From Lepidodermella squamata (taxonomy: Eukaryota > Animalia > Gastrotricha), in NCBI GenBank assembly GCA_047495785.1, contig JBLDXI010000026.1, forward strand, positions 496,001-560,000: DNA of 64,000 bases. The letters run 5' to 3'. The stretch's first letter is position 1; each line of letters begins with the position of its first letter. Shown in pieces: positions 38,901-52,526 of the stretch. The notes beneath the pieces were generated by a model. The model saw only the letters and a program-made list of their open reading frames with translations. It did no database searches and was not told the origin of the DNA. The translations under genes were made by a program, and so were the position numbers.

Positions 38901-41900
38901 TATGGGTCATCGAAAATAGCATGAAAATTCCTGAACAACATCGCGGGTTTTCCAAAATTTTGAAAATATTCGAAAATTAGAAAGAAGTTGGAAAGAGATA
39001 AGTAATGGGATTATGAAGAACTGGCAAAATAAAGCTGCAATTTCAAAAATTTCAAAGAAATCCAATTTTTTCTGATTTTTTTGAAAATATTCGATCAACA
39101 CTTATTTTTCTTGTGAAAATATAATAGATATTGTTAAGCAGATAATATGTAATTATTATCTGTTCTATACCGAATCAGATTTTGATACCGAAGAGAATAA
39201 TGGCCACGCGTCTCCTGATTCAATTAGCCGCGCTCTATTACCGCTGGCTTGATTGGTTCTGATTGATTGGCGATAATTAACGCTAATAACGCAGTAAATC
39301 GCGGGATATAAATGTCGGAAATAATGCTATGAAATTATACTTGCTCAGATGATGCTGTTGTTGTTGTTTCGCTGTTCAGTAAACGGAATATTCGGGCCAT
39401 TATAATGTTTTGTTGCGTGTTTATTATTACGAGGGAATTGAAACGAAAACAGTAGGAGGAGGACCATGAGCTGTTGTGGCGTGACCTTGAGCGCAAAATA
39501 TTTCGCACGCGCGCGATCGACGCCCGTCGAGAGACGAGTGCAGGCGCAGCAGGATGCGCGAGATGGCGCGATTCGATTTATTATTAGTATTATTACTACA
39601 ACTATCATTATTACCATCGTTTTGTACATAGATTTATCTTCCGAGTAATATTATTATTACTTAACCCTATCAAGTGAAGAATGACGGGTAACAGTGGTAA
39701 TATAAGACGAAGATGAAGCAATTTGTTGTTTTTACCTCGCGCCCGCAATTAATCACTGCTGCCAAAACGTCGACGTGATAATAAATTAGCCAAAAATTAT
39801 AACCGCTATCATGGCAGCCGGTCTATAAATCACGCGCGGAAATTGAGCGCACTCAGCTAAGATAATATACAGAAAAAATGTGGCGAAATTATGATATATT
39901 TTTTTCATAGGTGTGATAAAATGTTCGGGAAATTGACCATTCGGCCCTGTGGAAAATTTTAGCCTTATTTATTGTTTTGTGTCGCGTTTTTTTCGGCGCG
40001 TGCGCACAATGTCCTCGTTGCAATAATAAATAAGCGCGCACTTTAGGTGCGGCCAATTAACTCGCGCCCGGCCAGTGAAAATATGGGCCTTCGAAATATG
40101 CAATAATCAGCATTTCGAGAGTGAGAATATTGCTTAATTATGTGCTATTTTTTGTCGATCGGCCGTCGATAGGTGGTAATTATTTTTCGGTCTGGCTGAA
40201 AGCTGAGTGCTGAATTTTCGTGACCATAATATCGGCATATGCCTAAAAGTTCAGGTCATAAATTTTGAAAAAAAATAACTTGTAGACCAATAAACAAAAA
40301 AACGTGACGTGAAAAGTTGTGGTCTAATCCAATGTGAAGAATAATTGAGCCATTACACTTCAGCTGACACAAGCCAAATTATGCAGACGTAAATAAGAAT
40401 AAAAAATGTCACTAATGGCCAACCAGTTAAAACCGTTAGGAAATGAAAAATTATCGCCGAAAATGTGATTTATGGTAGCCTCATGACTTGTATAAACTTT
40501 TGTAACAGCAATTTGTTTTATATAATTTTGTATCAATTTTTCCCTAATATGGAGGTGAATAGAATTCTGATTTGGAATTAAAAATTGACATAATGTGAAT
40601 ATACTAATGAAATAAATCGCAAAAAACCAGACTGTTCCATTTCTCACAGTAATAATATATGCAGTAATGTCATGCCTTGATTCTGAATTTTGAAAAATTC
40701 GTGAACAATTTATAATAAATATTCTTTCTCTGAGCGTTGGAATGCCAGAAAATTATGATCAGCCTAATTTGCGAAGGCTCGTGTCTCTTGTGAATGAAGA
40801 TTAAAGACAGCTAAAGCCGGTTCTGCTGACAGGTAAGAAAATTCGGAAGAATGAATGGCTCTTAAAAAAGTAAAATACCAATTTTTTAAGCTGAAGTATA
40901 GAATCGGACCTGTCTCTTAAAATGGATGAATCAGCGCTTTTTATCCTACTTCTGTGATTTTAGTGATTAAAACGTAATGCGGGGTATATTTATCCTACCG
41001 TTTTTTCATCGCAATTTCAGTGAAGGCGAGTCAATAAATAACAAAGGCAAATAGGAGCCTGGAAATTACCTGGAGTAAATCCATATAATCACGAAAAAAA
41101 TCAGGGCCACTCGAGGGAGATAAGCTTTTGAGCACTTGATCTAATGAAAGTGTAAGTTATATATTTTGCGAGACATGAACTAATTCGGCGACACGCGGCT
41201 TGTGAACTAATATAAAAGACCGCCGACAAATAGCCGGCTAATTTTAACGTGTTCGAATAACATGCGATATAAATGATAATATGGGACCTAAATATGTATG
41301 CGCGTGTTAATAGCCGTGTTACAGCAGACGCGCTGACCTTTCGCAGTAACTGACTTTTGCCTGCTGCCTAAATTACCTGTAAAATTAGCCCGCGCCTCAG
41401 GCCACAGACGGTGGTTGGTAGGCAAGCAAGTCTGCGGCTGAAGGCTGAAAGATGCGCGACTTGTTCGTTTTGTGTGCGATGGCGCCTGAAAACGTGCCCT
41501 ATCGCCGGTTGCGGCCGGCGGGCCCGGTACCAAGGCCGGAAATGACCGTTCCGCCGCCGTGGCAAGACTTGTCGCAAGACGCACGCGCGCGCAAAAACAA
41601 TAATATTACAGAGTGCGCGCTAGTAAATATATACAACAGTCGAAATATATAATAATATAATATAGGTCACTCACTAGTTTTCTCTCATTGCGCGATACTA
41701 TTAAGTGGGCTAAAATGCGTGTCCCGGCTACAGGTAGTGGCTAAATTTCCGGTCAATCGGCGACCGGAGACGAACGCTAGAACGTCATTAGCTCGCCTCA
41801 TCATCAGAAATCTTTCTTTTTATAGCGACAATAACATTATTTAATTTCAAAATAGCTATGCACTGTCGCTTTGTTTTTGAAAAAGGATGCACGGCCGTGG

Positions 41901-43844
41901 CGATAAACAAAATTTATTTCTTATAGCCTATATACTATAGGATCGTTTGTGATTTTGTTAGATCGCGTTCCTATGTCCTGGGAATTGAGATTTGTTGATT
42001 CTTTGCCTGGATTTTTATTTGATATTTAGTGTATAAGATAATAGCGTCGCGCGCGCCTTTTCTCATCCGGACGATGCGAAAAGTTTGTATTGTTTTTGTT
42101 TTTCGATTCCTTTTCTCGAGGCCGAATGAATTTTATAATAATTAAACCGGTACGCGTTCAGATCATCGCTTTGTCCTTGTTCTTGATACATTCCTCGTCC
42201 TGATCTTGGGTGAAAAGAGATTAAAAAAAATCTGAAAGCGTGATAGGAAAACAGCGCCAGACAGAACAGAAAAGATCAGGCCTGAATATTTGCGCCATTA
42301 AATTTAGGACTACAGATATGATAATTTCCGATGCTTGGCGATTGGGATGATTCATTTCCTAGATCGATAATTAATACCCGTCTGACCGCAGGATTTTTTA
42401 ATTCAGCAATCTTGAAATCTCATTTAAGTAGACAAATATTCAACACTGGTATCGGAAAAATCAGTAATTTTTGAAATCGATATCGGCTAAAGTTTAGCGT
42501 TTAACAGAATTGCGTAAAATAGTAAAATTTATCGGTTGGTTTTGATTTTTGATGAAAAAGAGATTTAAAGGAAAACGTGAAACCAGATTTCACGAAAATC
42601 TAGTGCCGGACCTTCAGATTTAATACTGGAACCTTACATTTGGGATTTGCACCTGAAACTTCAAAAATGCGGGTGAAATTTGAAAAATCAACAAAAATAC
42701 CTTTAACACGGAAAATTCTTCTATTTTGTTGCGCTTCAATGCTATTTAATTGGGAAATATTGAAATGTGATGGGACAGCAAGGCAAAAAAGCATAGAACA
42801 AAGTGTTTATTGCCCGAAAACTCATCTGCAAGGCGATTATACCGGAAGTGGCGATTTTTTGAACAATTTTAATAAAATATGGGCAGCGGAGAGTTCTGAG
42901 CTTTTATTAGCTTGAATTTTAGCGCAGTTCTCGCCCGATTATTTCCGCCTATTCTCGGTTCACTGAACATACTCATAAGAGCTAATGGCGAGAAAAAGGT
43001 GATTGTAAGCTGAAGTACTAAAGATTGACGAAAGATATATGAAACAAAATGCAGCTCCGAACTTCATGCCAGTGTTTGAAACAGGTAAGGTTTTGCAGAC
43101 CGATACCAGACCTGTGAACAGTGGAAGTCAAACTGGACCGGACCTGGAACGGCCCGTTTTAGAACAGAATTTTTTTAATCGCATGAAAATAGCGAAAGCG
43201 TGATATCAAACGCATAAAACTTCCTAACTCATCTAAAAAGTAAGATCAACCAATGTTGGGAGCCTTCTAAGCCTCAGTAAAAAAATTCGGAAGCCGTGAA
43301 CTAGCCCAACCATATCCGATAAGTTTGACCAACGCACAAATGCTCCAAGTCAAGAAAATGAGGAAAACAGCAAACTCTAATTTTTCTATAGAATTTTTTT
43401 CCATTATTCCCACGCCAAGCCTAAGTAAAAATTAAGTTTTCCCGGTCTACCGATGGCGTTTTTTGAGACCGATACCGGACCTGGAACGGCAACGGCGTCG
43501 GTCGAGTGGACCTGTTTCCAAAGCTTAACGATAGTGAAATTTTGCTAGACTCGCTCAGGTTTCTTTCAAATTCAATATTGCACGAATGTTAGTTTGGATT
43601 AGGATGAGAGCTTTTGTGCCCGTGATTCTGGACTTTCGTTAGCTGATCATCGATAAGATCGTGAACATTCTTCAATAATAATGCTCTGAGTGCCATGGAT
43701 TGTGAAAGGGTAAAGTGCTAGGTGTGGTTCATGTGTGGTTCCGTTACTCAATGCCCATTTTATTCAAATTCTAAGATAACGTGGTGCAAGCTCAGGAGTA
43801 AGGCAGCAGTCTAACAGTATTTCATTCATTTTCCATTTTTTTCT

Positions 43845-45266
43845 TTACAAAATGTGGCATATGCCACTGTTGAGGGATGGCACTCTAATTTGATTCGACG
43901 GCTGGGCAGCATCGAGAAACTGCTTAACCAGCCGCCAATCTCGCTGCACTTTCAACTTGGTCGTCTCGTTGCCAGCGAAAACAGCCTCATCTGGGAACCC
44001 AGCAAATTGCAACGTATTAGGGCCATCCACCTTTTTCAACGCAGCTTGACTTGGCTTCTTCGGATCTGCAGCATTCCGCTCGGCTTGGTAAACCCTAGGA
44101 AATTGATCCCGCAACTGCTCCATCCGAGATTCATTCACAGAATCTGCTTTAGTCGCCAGAAACATGAATCTCGTCTTGGAGCTGTTGTAACTCAACCACT
44201 GAAGAATGTTAGCAACAGTTTCGAAATAACCTGGCGGGAGACGGTCGGTTGCTGAGCATAGAATGAAAACAGCGTCGAGGTGGCGAACATTTGCTCCAAT
44301 CCGTCCGCGGAGCATTTTCACGATTTCATCATTATCCCAATGTCTGTCGTAAAATCCTACTGTGTCCGTCACGAGGATGTTACGTTGCCGTCCTCCGATC
44401 GTCCCTGTTCCACGGATAAAGTAAATCTCTCGAGTGACGTTTTCGAAACTGATCTCAGACTCGCAAATCTCTTCGTTGAAGATCACGTTGATCAGACGAG
44501 ATTTTCCTGAGCCGGTTGGGCCAATTAACAGGATGTTGTAGTCCTCATCTTTCGCCGAGTCGAGGTAATACTCAAACCGGCTCGCTCGAAAGTTTGTTTC
44601 AATGAAACTGTAAACCCGTTGCGGGACGTGATTTGGATCAAAAAAATGTGGCCTGATCGCGGCTGGGAAGGCATTAACCTTCGTCAAAACGTCGCCAATT
44701 ATGTTCGACCTAAAGTAGGACATCAAAACATTTTCACCATCCATCTGCGAACTTATCCAGCGGCCGCGGTAGATGTAATTGGCAACATGTTCGCAGTTTC
44801 GCAGGCAAAGGGAGTAGTTACACATGCCTAAGATGCTTTCCATGCGTTGTCGCATTGGTTCGTCGATTTCCTTAGCGTAAACGACTTGGTACTGATTTTC
44901 GGCGTATTGATTGCCAACAATTTGAACTCGAGCTTCGTCTAGGTCAATACGATCTGACCCGAATTCCAGGCAGTAAGGGCCGCAGAGTAGGAACCAATGG
45001 GAGTAAGCTAGGCTCATGTAGGATCTGTCGATTTTGCAAAGGCACACGTCGTGGCCAATGGAGAAGGCTCCGTCGACAAGGATATCCAATCCGCGCTCTC
45101 TTATTGCGCGATCGAAAATGATGGTGTGATCCTGCTGCCACTTCAACTTCTCAGCCTTCACGATATCGTTGTTTTGAATAGCTTTTGTAACGGCTATTGG
45201 CACCCCAATGGCAGCAGCCACAGCGGCACCAGCTGCGAACATTGCTCCAACTACTTTTGAATCCAT
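43845..45266 (-). CDS. LRAT/PLAAT-like (NlpC/P60, H-box/NC) domain fused to an AIG1/GIMAP-like P-loop GTPase; intronless
   Basis: Hydrophobic N-terminus, YSHW, YSLCLRNCEHVANYIYRGRWISSQ. Then G1 GPTGSGKS, G2 VT, G3 DTVG, G4 TKAD. Confidence 0.85.
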   Translation of the reverse strand: MDSKVVGAMFAAGAAVAAAIGVPIAVTKAIQNNDIVKAEKLKWQQDHTIIFDRAIRERGLDILVDGAFSIGHDVCLCKIDRSYMSLAYSHWFLLCGPYCLEFGSDRIDLDEARVQIVGNQYAENQYQVVYAKEIDEPMRQRMESILGMCNYSLCLRNCEHVANYIYRGRWISSQMDGENVLMSYFRSNIIGDVLTKVNAFPAAIRPHFFDPNHVPQRVYSFIETNFRASRFEYYLDSAKDEDYNILLIGPTGSGKSRLINVIFNEEICESEISFENVTREIYFIRGTGTIGGRQRNILVTDTVGFYDRHWDNDEIVKMLRGRIGANVRHLDAVFILCSATDRLPPGYFETVANILQWLSYNSSKTRFMFLATKADSVNESRMEQLRDQFPRVYQAERNAADPKKPSQAALKKVDGPNTLQFAGFPDEAVFAGNETTKLKVQRDWRLVKQFLDAAQPSNQIRVPSLNSGICHIL

Positions 45267-45689
45267 AAAAAGTTAGAAAAGCCGTTATTCAAGGAGAGTA
45301 TCAGGTTTTGCTCAGTCTGTTTGTGGAAGATAAGAAAATATAGGTTCGCTTTGACTAATTTTACATTCCCGGGAACAGGATAACTTATCTGCATTCTATC
45401 CTTATCATCGAAATCACAGTTCCAAGTTATAAACCCTTTTCACTTTTCAAGATGAGTCAACCTTGTAAGACAGAAAGAAAGTCTAATCCAGTCAAGCTGT
45501 TATCAGCTGTTTTGCATCGTCTAGACTGTTTTAGTTGTTGGTCCGAGTCAAATAGCTTATGGCCGAAGCCATATTTTTTACGCCTTCGTTTCCGTTAAAA
45601 AATCCGTTAAAAAATCCGTTACTCGCTATATGTTTGGATTTTATTTATTTAAATTAATTGTAGAAGGAAAGACAATGCTGATACATTTA

Positions 45690-47061
45690 TTACAATTCTG
45701 AGTAGCCTTTCCGCCTTAACATACAAAATGATAAGTGTCCATCTCTGAAAATTAGAAAAATTTGCATCATGAGACTGACCGCCAGCACCAAAGCTTGAAT
45801 AGACGTAGCGGCGGCGAATCCGAGATTTTCCATCATTGTCCCGGCTAGGAAAGCGCCCAAAAAGCCTCCGACTCCAAAACAGCAGTCGTAAAACGTCGAA
45901 ATGAACGCAGGTATCGAAGGGTCGTCTTTTGCCAGACCATTCAACTCACCTAGTCGTTGAACTTCTTTCGACAGCGGGACCATAACAGAAGCTAGGCCGC
46001 AATGAGCGACAATAGCTCCAACTACGAGCTGGATAAGCCCAGGCTCGAGTCCAGGGAAAATAGGACTCGGCCCAATGATCAAATAACCGAAGATTGCAAG
46101 AATCGTCCCAACAAGGATAACAACCCAACCAGCGTTGAACTTATCAGATAATCTACCCGCTATAGGAGCTGCGATGCCATAAGCTCCGGACGATGACAGG
46201 TATATTGCCCCGACTATTAACGGATCAGTTATTTCAAACTCAGCCAATCGAACACCTAATGTCGTCTCAGTGAAGACCATCGTCATTGTACCAGTTAGGC
46301 CGGTGTAAAACAGGAAGATCATGCTTAATCCAGATAGCTTTCTTAGTGCTACAAACATGTTCCCCTCACTATTTTCGTCTCCTTTTGAGTCACTAGGCAC
46401 CGCAATGAGGATAACTGGGACGAATACTATGAGAACTACGCCCATGAATAAGTAGGGCATCATGTAACCACCAGCAGCATACAAAGCACCGCCTAAACTT
46501 GGTCCGATGAGAGTCCCGAGAGAATAACTGGTCGACATGAGTCCGATGGTGAAAGTAAAATTGTCGCGGAACAGCAATCCAAGCATTGTGAAGGTTGTGA
46601 CGTAATACGCTGATACGCCAATGCCTTGGAAAATCCTGACGAGGAAGCTGAACGCTATGTAAATCGTTCCGTTTGGGCCCAGGTCGAGTAGGCCAAACAG
46701 GATTGAACATGTCGAGGCCCAGACGATGCCGGAGCATAGAAGAAATTTTAGCCCAATTTTTAACATGGTAAACGCTTTGATAATAAAACTTTATCGACAT
46801 ATTTATAAATAATCCAAGGGACTTACCAAGTATAATAGCTGCAAAGCATTGAATGAGTTGCATTGAGCCGAGAACAGCTCCTGCAATCGACTGACTCATT
46901 CCTTTCTCGATTGCTCGATTCGGAAAAAATGGGGCTGGAACTGAGAACAAAGCAGCTCCGATGAACTGAAGAGCCAAGAAGATGGCAAGTAAAAACTTTT
47001 TCTTTGCAGGCGACACTGCGGTTTTCACCGCATCTTTTCGTTCTAAAGGAGTTACTGCCAT
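45690..47061 (-). CDS. MFS transporter, SLC18B1-like; 2 exons (intron 46826-46774)
   Basis: APFFP, RIFQGIG, GPSLGGALYAAGGY..P, GRLSDK, GPSP, about 12 hydrophobic segments. A 53-bp gtaagt...aag intron joins the two ORFs. Confidence 0.9.
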
Positions 47062-48535
47062 CGAATGATAGCTTTGGGAATGCAAATAAGTGCTGCCCGA
47101 TGCCCAGACCGAGCTGAACAAATGGCTTCGATCTACACTCATTTTTGTGGTTGAGAATGAAATTCCTGGAGCAAGAGCAGAAAGTTGTAATTATATAAGT
47201 GATAAGATATTATCTTATCTTTGGCAATTCAAAGCCGATGTGTCCGGCGTGCGATCCGAGTTACAGATAACAATAAGCTGTTATCTGTCCGCTGACCAAA
47301 TATTCATCTTTCGTGTGTCCAGTCATATCGTGAACTTTATTTAGGGCCAGGTGTGAGAAGAGACTTGCTTGCTAGCAGAAATCGTGTTTAATCGAAGACG
47401 TAAGCAATAGCAATTTCCCGTTCTAACGGACAATTATTAACTTCGATCCTGAGTATCGTGTTCATTAGAGATGTAGAGCCTTAATAGTAATCATTATTAC
47501 GTAGGAATAATCGGTTTAAGATGAAACAAGCGAAATTCTCTCAATAACACGCTGGTCATGGTACTTCGAGCTGTTGTTGGTGACCTGATTTGCGGAAGTT
47601 GTGATGTGATATAAACAGACTTGGGGAAATTCCTAATGCTCGCGATTTTTGATTCTTCGATTCTGATTCTCAAATTTGGGCTTAGACTCTTGATTCCGGA
47701 GCCGAAATGTTGATACCAATTCTCACCCATGCGATTCTGATTCCCGATTCTCAAAAAATTCACAAATAAATTGTGTTGAAATTGTGTTGTAATACAAAAC
47801 AGCAAGCGCATCATTCTTTTATTGAGCCTTGTCGGCCATTTCAAAAATCAAAACAAAAATCGAAAAAAATCGTAAATTAATAACTCACAACTTTGAAAAT
47901 TAATGGTTTGAATACGCTCCATTGCAAAAGGGATATTGATTAAGATTCTAAAGCTATCAATGACTTTCTATAAAATGGCTGGCTGAAATTTGTCCCTGGG
48001 ACATAGAGATCACCGAAACTTAACCACGAGAGCTCCATTGTTTTCTAGATTCCTCAATTTTGCTTTCCAAGCTGTTTGCTACATACAGGAATACATTCTG
48101 TTTCATAGTCCTCTCTTTGAGTGCGAAACTATAAGCTACACGTGATTTTTGTCAAAAAGCTGAACGCGACGTACGCTGCTGTATTTCACAGACAGATCTT
48201 ATTACGTATGCTTTATCCCGTGCTCGCCCGATTGTCTACATTGATCGATATGTTTTTTTATGCGGACGCGTTGATCTTGTTTTTCAAGTTGACGTGGTTT
48301 TGTCAAGTAAATTCATGTGAAAGCGCATGTAATTGCCCATGATATTATGTAGCCACTCATTCAGCAAAGTGTTTAAACATACATTTTGTATTTTCAGATT
48401 TCATGTGTTTTGATTTCTTCGCTTGATAGATAATGTTCTCTATCCGTATGCGAAAGTGATGACTGTAGGAGTCAGTATATAAAATATAACGCCAGTGTAA
48501 CGAGCGAACTTTTCATCCTAGCCACTCAAGAATCA

Positions 48536-49938
48536 ATGCCCAAGCCACTTCGACCTACTTCATGTGAGGACACAGTGAAATGTCGTGTTTGTGATCTTGT
48601 TGTACCTCGGCGCCTCAAGTATCAACCCTCCTGCTGCGAGGCCTGCCAGAAATTCTTCAGGCGGAACTGCCATCGAACCGATCAACTCAAGTGCAAGCAC
48701 GCCAAATTAAAGCAACGCCCGGAACAATCCAAATTTGCAGTCTACGTAAGCCGGAGTATGTGTTCCCGCTGTCGGTTCGACAAATGTGTAGCAGCTGGAA
48801 TGACCAGTGAGGAAAACCGCCAATAACACATTTCAATAATCTTTTTGTTAAAATTGCAGGCAAATTTTTGATTCAAAATAATACTCACGGTATGAAATCG
48901 GAGCCCGGAAGTGAGGAAAGCGATCCATCAGAAAGTAATAGTGGGATTCCGTTACTCGAGCCAGCTGAGAGCTATGCAATCACGCTCACGCTGCCAAAAA
49001 CGCCCGAGTCTTTGGTCCAAAATCCAATAGAAAAGCTGGTTCGAACTTCTATTCATGCTTTCACGGTACTTCACGGACTCGAATTTGTAGGATTAACTGA
49101 TTTAGCCATAGTTTTACCTTATGTGCTAATCGATTGCAGGGTCCGCTGAAAGAAAGGTCTGATCCCGCTCAACAACTTGATTTACGCTCTCGCATCGTCC
49201 AACGGATCCACTACAACGTTGAACACGTCAAAGCATACCAGTTTCAGTTCCTAGGTGAGAAAGACTTTGCTAAAATGAAGCTGAAGCAATTTCCCACTAC
49301 CAGAGGCCTGGAATGACATCAACATTGATGACGTGGAGCCCGGTCGAGGGTTTGCATCTGGAAAAATGAGTTCTGTTTTCCACAACCTTTCGGGTGATTC
49401 GAAACCATCATGGTATGGTCTGGATGATGAAGTGAAGGAGCTCATTTACCGCGACTTCCCGTATTTATCGGTAGAGATTCCCTTGTTTTGTGCTTCCATC
49501 CTATATTCAAAATTAAATCCAGGTACTGGAGAAAGAGTATCATTTGCTGAAGAAACTGCTGAGCAAGCTAGCTCCTACCTTCATCGAAGCTGCATTAGTT
49601 CTGAGCATATCGATATTTCACGGTAATAATGAGCTTTCTAGCTTTAACATTTCATTGAGTTGAACTTTTCAGACGAGACAGGCAAAAATAAGCAACTTCA
49701 GCGCTTTCAGAGAAAACTTATCGCTGCTCTGATGGGAGTAATAAGCGACAGATACGGCGATAGCCGTGACGTTTTAAATGACCGCTTGAAGCTTCTTGGT
49801 CAATGTATCGCGACTAATGTTCGGCTGCAAAAACTAGCGCTAACCATCTTCGAACATGAAGCCCATGATTCCCATTTTTGCAGTTCAGCTGCTGTAGCTC
49901 TTAATTTTTCACCCGGATTTCAAGATGCTGATCGGTGA
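48536..49938 (+). CDS. Divergent nuclear hormone receptor 1 (subfamily A), 6 exons
   Basis: CRVC..CEACQKFFRR..CSRCRFDKCVAAGM DNA-binding domain. LBD-like exons separated by ~50 bp introns. Confidence 0.85.
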
Positions 49939-50221
49939 AAATACTTGCCAGAATGACATGTATTCGCTATTTTCAGCAACAATTAATTTTTGCTCAAATG
50001 AGATATTTTCAGCCACTGCAAAATAAAACGGGTGTTCTGCCAAGCTGTTCTGCTGTTCTAGCAGCGTGCCAATAAAGAATAAAGGATCACCTTAGAAACG
50101 AGAGTATCACTTGCTCTTTTAAAGGGGGTTCGCGTTATACTGAGCTCCTAGAGAACAGAGGTATTTCTGTTCATCTGCTCATCATCATGTTTATCTGCGC
50201 ATTGTTTGCGAAGCGCAACAA

Positions 50222-50637
50222 TTCTGGTTCCACACAATTCTCACAAATTCGAGCCCGTGGAGTAATGTGAAAGCATGTATCGATGTTCGTAAATGTTTTT
50301 CAGGTAAACTTGCAGCCACAGCTTTAGGAATTTCGGTTAAAACACGATCGCTATCTGCGGCGTCTTGGAGGTTTTCACTCATAGCCGTTCTGTCAGCGTA
50401 GAATTTACCTAAAAGAAACTTTTATAGCCGTTAGGAAGAAGGTAAAAAGGATTCGCTCACTCTGCATTCCAACGGCAATGCATTTCTCGAAACGGCATTT
50501 GCCGCACATTCGTCGGCTGATGTAGTATTTTAGCTTGTTAGGATCGGCTTTTGCGCCTTTCTTCGAATGGTGACACTTGAGGGAGTCCCTGCGATGGCAA
50601 TTCCTTCGGTAGAATTTTTGGCAGGCTTCACAGCACT
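50222..50637 (-). pseudogene. Nuclear receptor fragment: 5'-truncated DBD exon plus exon 2
   Basis: KCCEACQKFYRRNC...MCGKCRFEKCIAVGM then RTSIHAFTLLHGLEF. The first CxxC is missing. Boundaries are approximate. Confidence 0.8.
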
Positions 50638-52526
50638 TTCCCTGACTAAGTACTTGCTTTGCAATTCAAGCCTTTTTCCGTGTTATAGTGAGTTATTGGA
50701 TCAAATAATTTTTGCCGCCTCATCGGTTAAAAATCAGCATTTATCGGGATGGCTCCATATCGGTTATCATCGGAACAATATTTACAAGCGGACACAAAAA
50801 TGTTGCTCTATTCGACAATGTTCAGCGCCTCTGCAGTCGAATCGTGAAACTCCTTGCACTCAGGACTCAGGACGCCCAACATCAAAACAGGTGCGAGCTT
50901 TCCTGATAATAGCTACTGATTTTGAAACGCACTGCTTGAGCAGTTTCATGCGGAGTCGGACGAGTTCGGCATCGCCATGCTGCGTCTCGCTGAAAACTTC
51001 CCATATAGTCTCGACTAACCTTCGCTGAAATTTCTTTATTCGCTGATTTTTCGCTGATTGGTCTACAAATTGCGAAAATAGGGCAAAGTGCAAATAGTGG
51101 ATAACTCGAATGAAAATTACCGTGAAAAATGGCGATTGCAAGTAGTAAGGTTGCCTCGATAAAATTTGGGTTAAATCTATCGAGCGAAATCTTCAGTTTT
51201 CTGAACTTCTTGTCAAGGACCTTTTCAATAATAAGATAGTTAATATTGATATTTTTGGGGCAAATCGAAGGATTAATTACTGCCAAGTCAGGAAATTTTC
51301 GAGCCATGAAATCGACCATCTCATCATCAAGCCCAAACCAGGATGGCTTCGAACTGCCAGATAGGTTATGAAATATCGTGCACATGTGAGATGTTGCTGA
51401 GGCCCGAATTTCGATGACGTCGTCCATGCTTATTTCTTCAAATGAAGCTGGAAAAGGGAAGTAATTACATTAAGGTGTTCATTATACTCGACGTACCAAT
51501 AAACTGGAAACTATAAGCATTAAGATGATCGACGCTGTACTTCATCCGTTGAAGAAGTTGAGAGCTGATTGTTAGCCACTGTTCGTCACCATAATCAAAC
51601 GACTGTTTCTCTTTCAAAGGGCCCTGATTCGAAAAATTTCATCATAGCGTCTTGAATGACAATAATTACTTCCCTTTTCCAGCTTCATTTGAAGAAATAA
51701 GCATGGACGACGTCATCGAAATTCGGGCCTCAGCAACATCTCACATGTGCACGATATTTCATAACCTATCTGGCAGTTCGAAGCCATCCTGGTTTGGGCT
51801 TGATGATGAGATGGTCGATTTCATGGTTTGGGCTTGATGATGAGATGGTCGATTTCATGGTTCGAAAATTTCCTGACTTGGCAGTAATTAATCCTTCGAT
51901 TTGCCCCAAAAATATCAATATTAACTATCTTATTATTGAAAAGGTCCTTGACAAGAAGTTCAGAAAACTGAAGATTTCGCTCGATAGATTTAACCCAAAT
52001 TTTATCGAGGCAACCTTACTACTTGCAATCGCCATTTTTCACGGTAATTTTCATTCGAGTTATCCACTATTTGCACTTTGCCCTATTTTCGCAATTTGTA
52101 GACCAATCAGCGAAAAATCAGCGAATAAAGAAATTTCAGCGAAGGTTAGTCGAGACTATATGGGAAGTTTTCAGCGAGACGCAGCATGGCGATGCCGAAC
52201 TCGTCCGACTCCGCATGAAACTGCTCAAGCAGTGCGTTTCAAAATCAGTAGCTATTATCAGGAAAGCTCGCACCTGTTTTGATGTTGGGCGTCCTGAGTC
52301 CTGAGTGCAAGGAGTTTCACGATTCGACTGCAGAGGCGCTGAACATTGTCGAATAGAGCAACATTTTTGTGTCCGCTTGTAAATATTGTTCCGATGATAA
52401 CCGATATGGAGCCATCCCGATAAATGCTGATTTTTAACCGATGAGGCGGCAAAAATTATTTGATCCAATAACTCACTATAACACGGAAAAAGGCTTGAAT
52501 TGCAAAGCAAGTACTTAGTCAGGGAA
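50638..52526. repeat. Long inverted repeat: arms 50638-51467 and 51663-52526, 195-bp spacer
   Basis: Arms are near-identical reverse complements (mirrored ORFs in the track). The right arm carries an extra 34-bp tandem duplication at 51790-51857. Confidence 0.95.
50860..51624 (-). pseudogene. Nuclear receptor fragment: LBD exons 3-6 without upstream exons
   Basis: GPLKE...YSFQFI, FHNLSGSSKPSWFG, FNPNFIEATLLLAIAIFH, homologous to neighbouring receptors. Confidence 0.8.

Noticed and set aside
30114-42915. Many 60-180 aa ORFs in DDR introns and upstream DNA
   Set aside because: No recognisable motifs, low-complexity composition and no consistent splice structure.
43066-43530. Possible MITE with repeated gaccgatacc(a/g)gacctg
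   Set aside because: The terminal repeats are too degenerate to define ends or a TSD.
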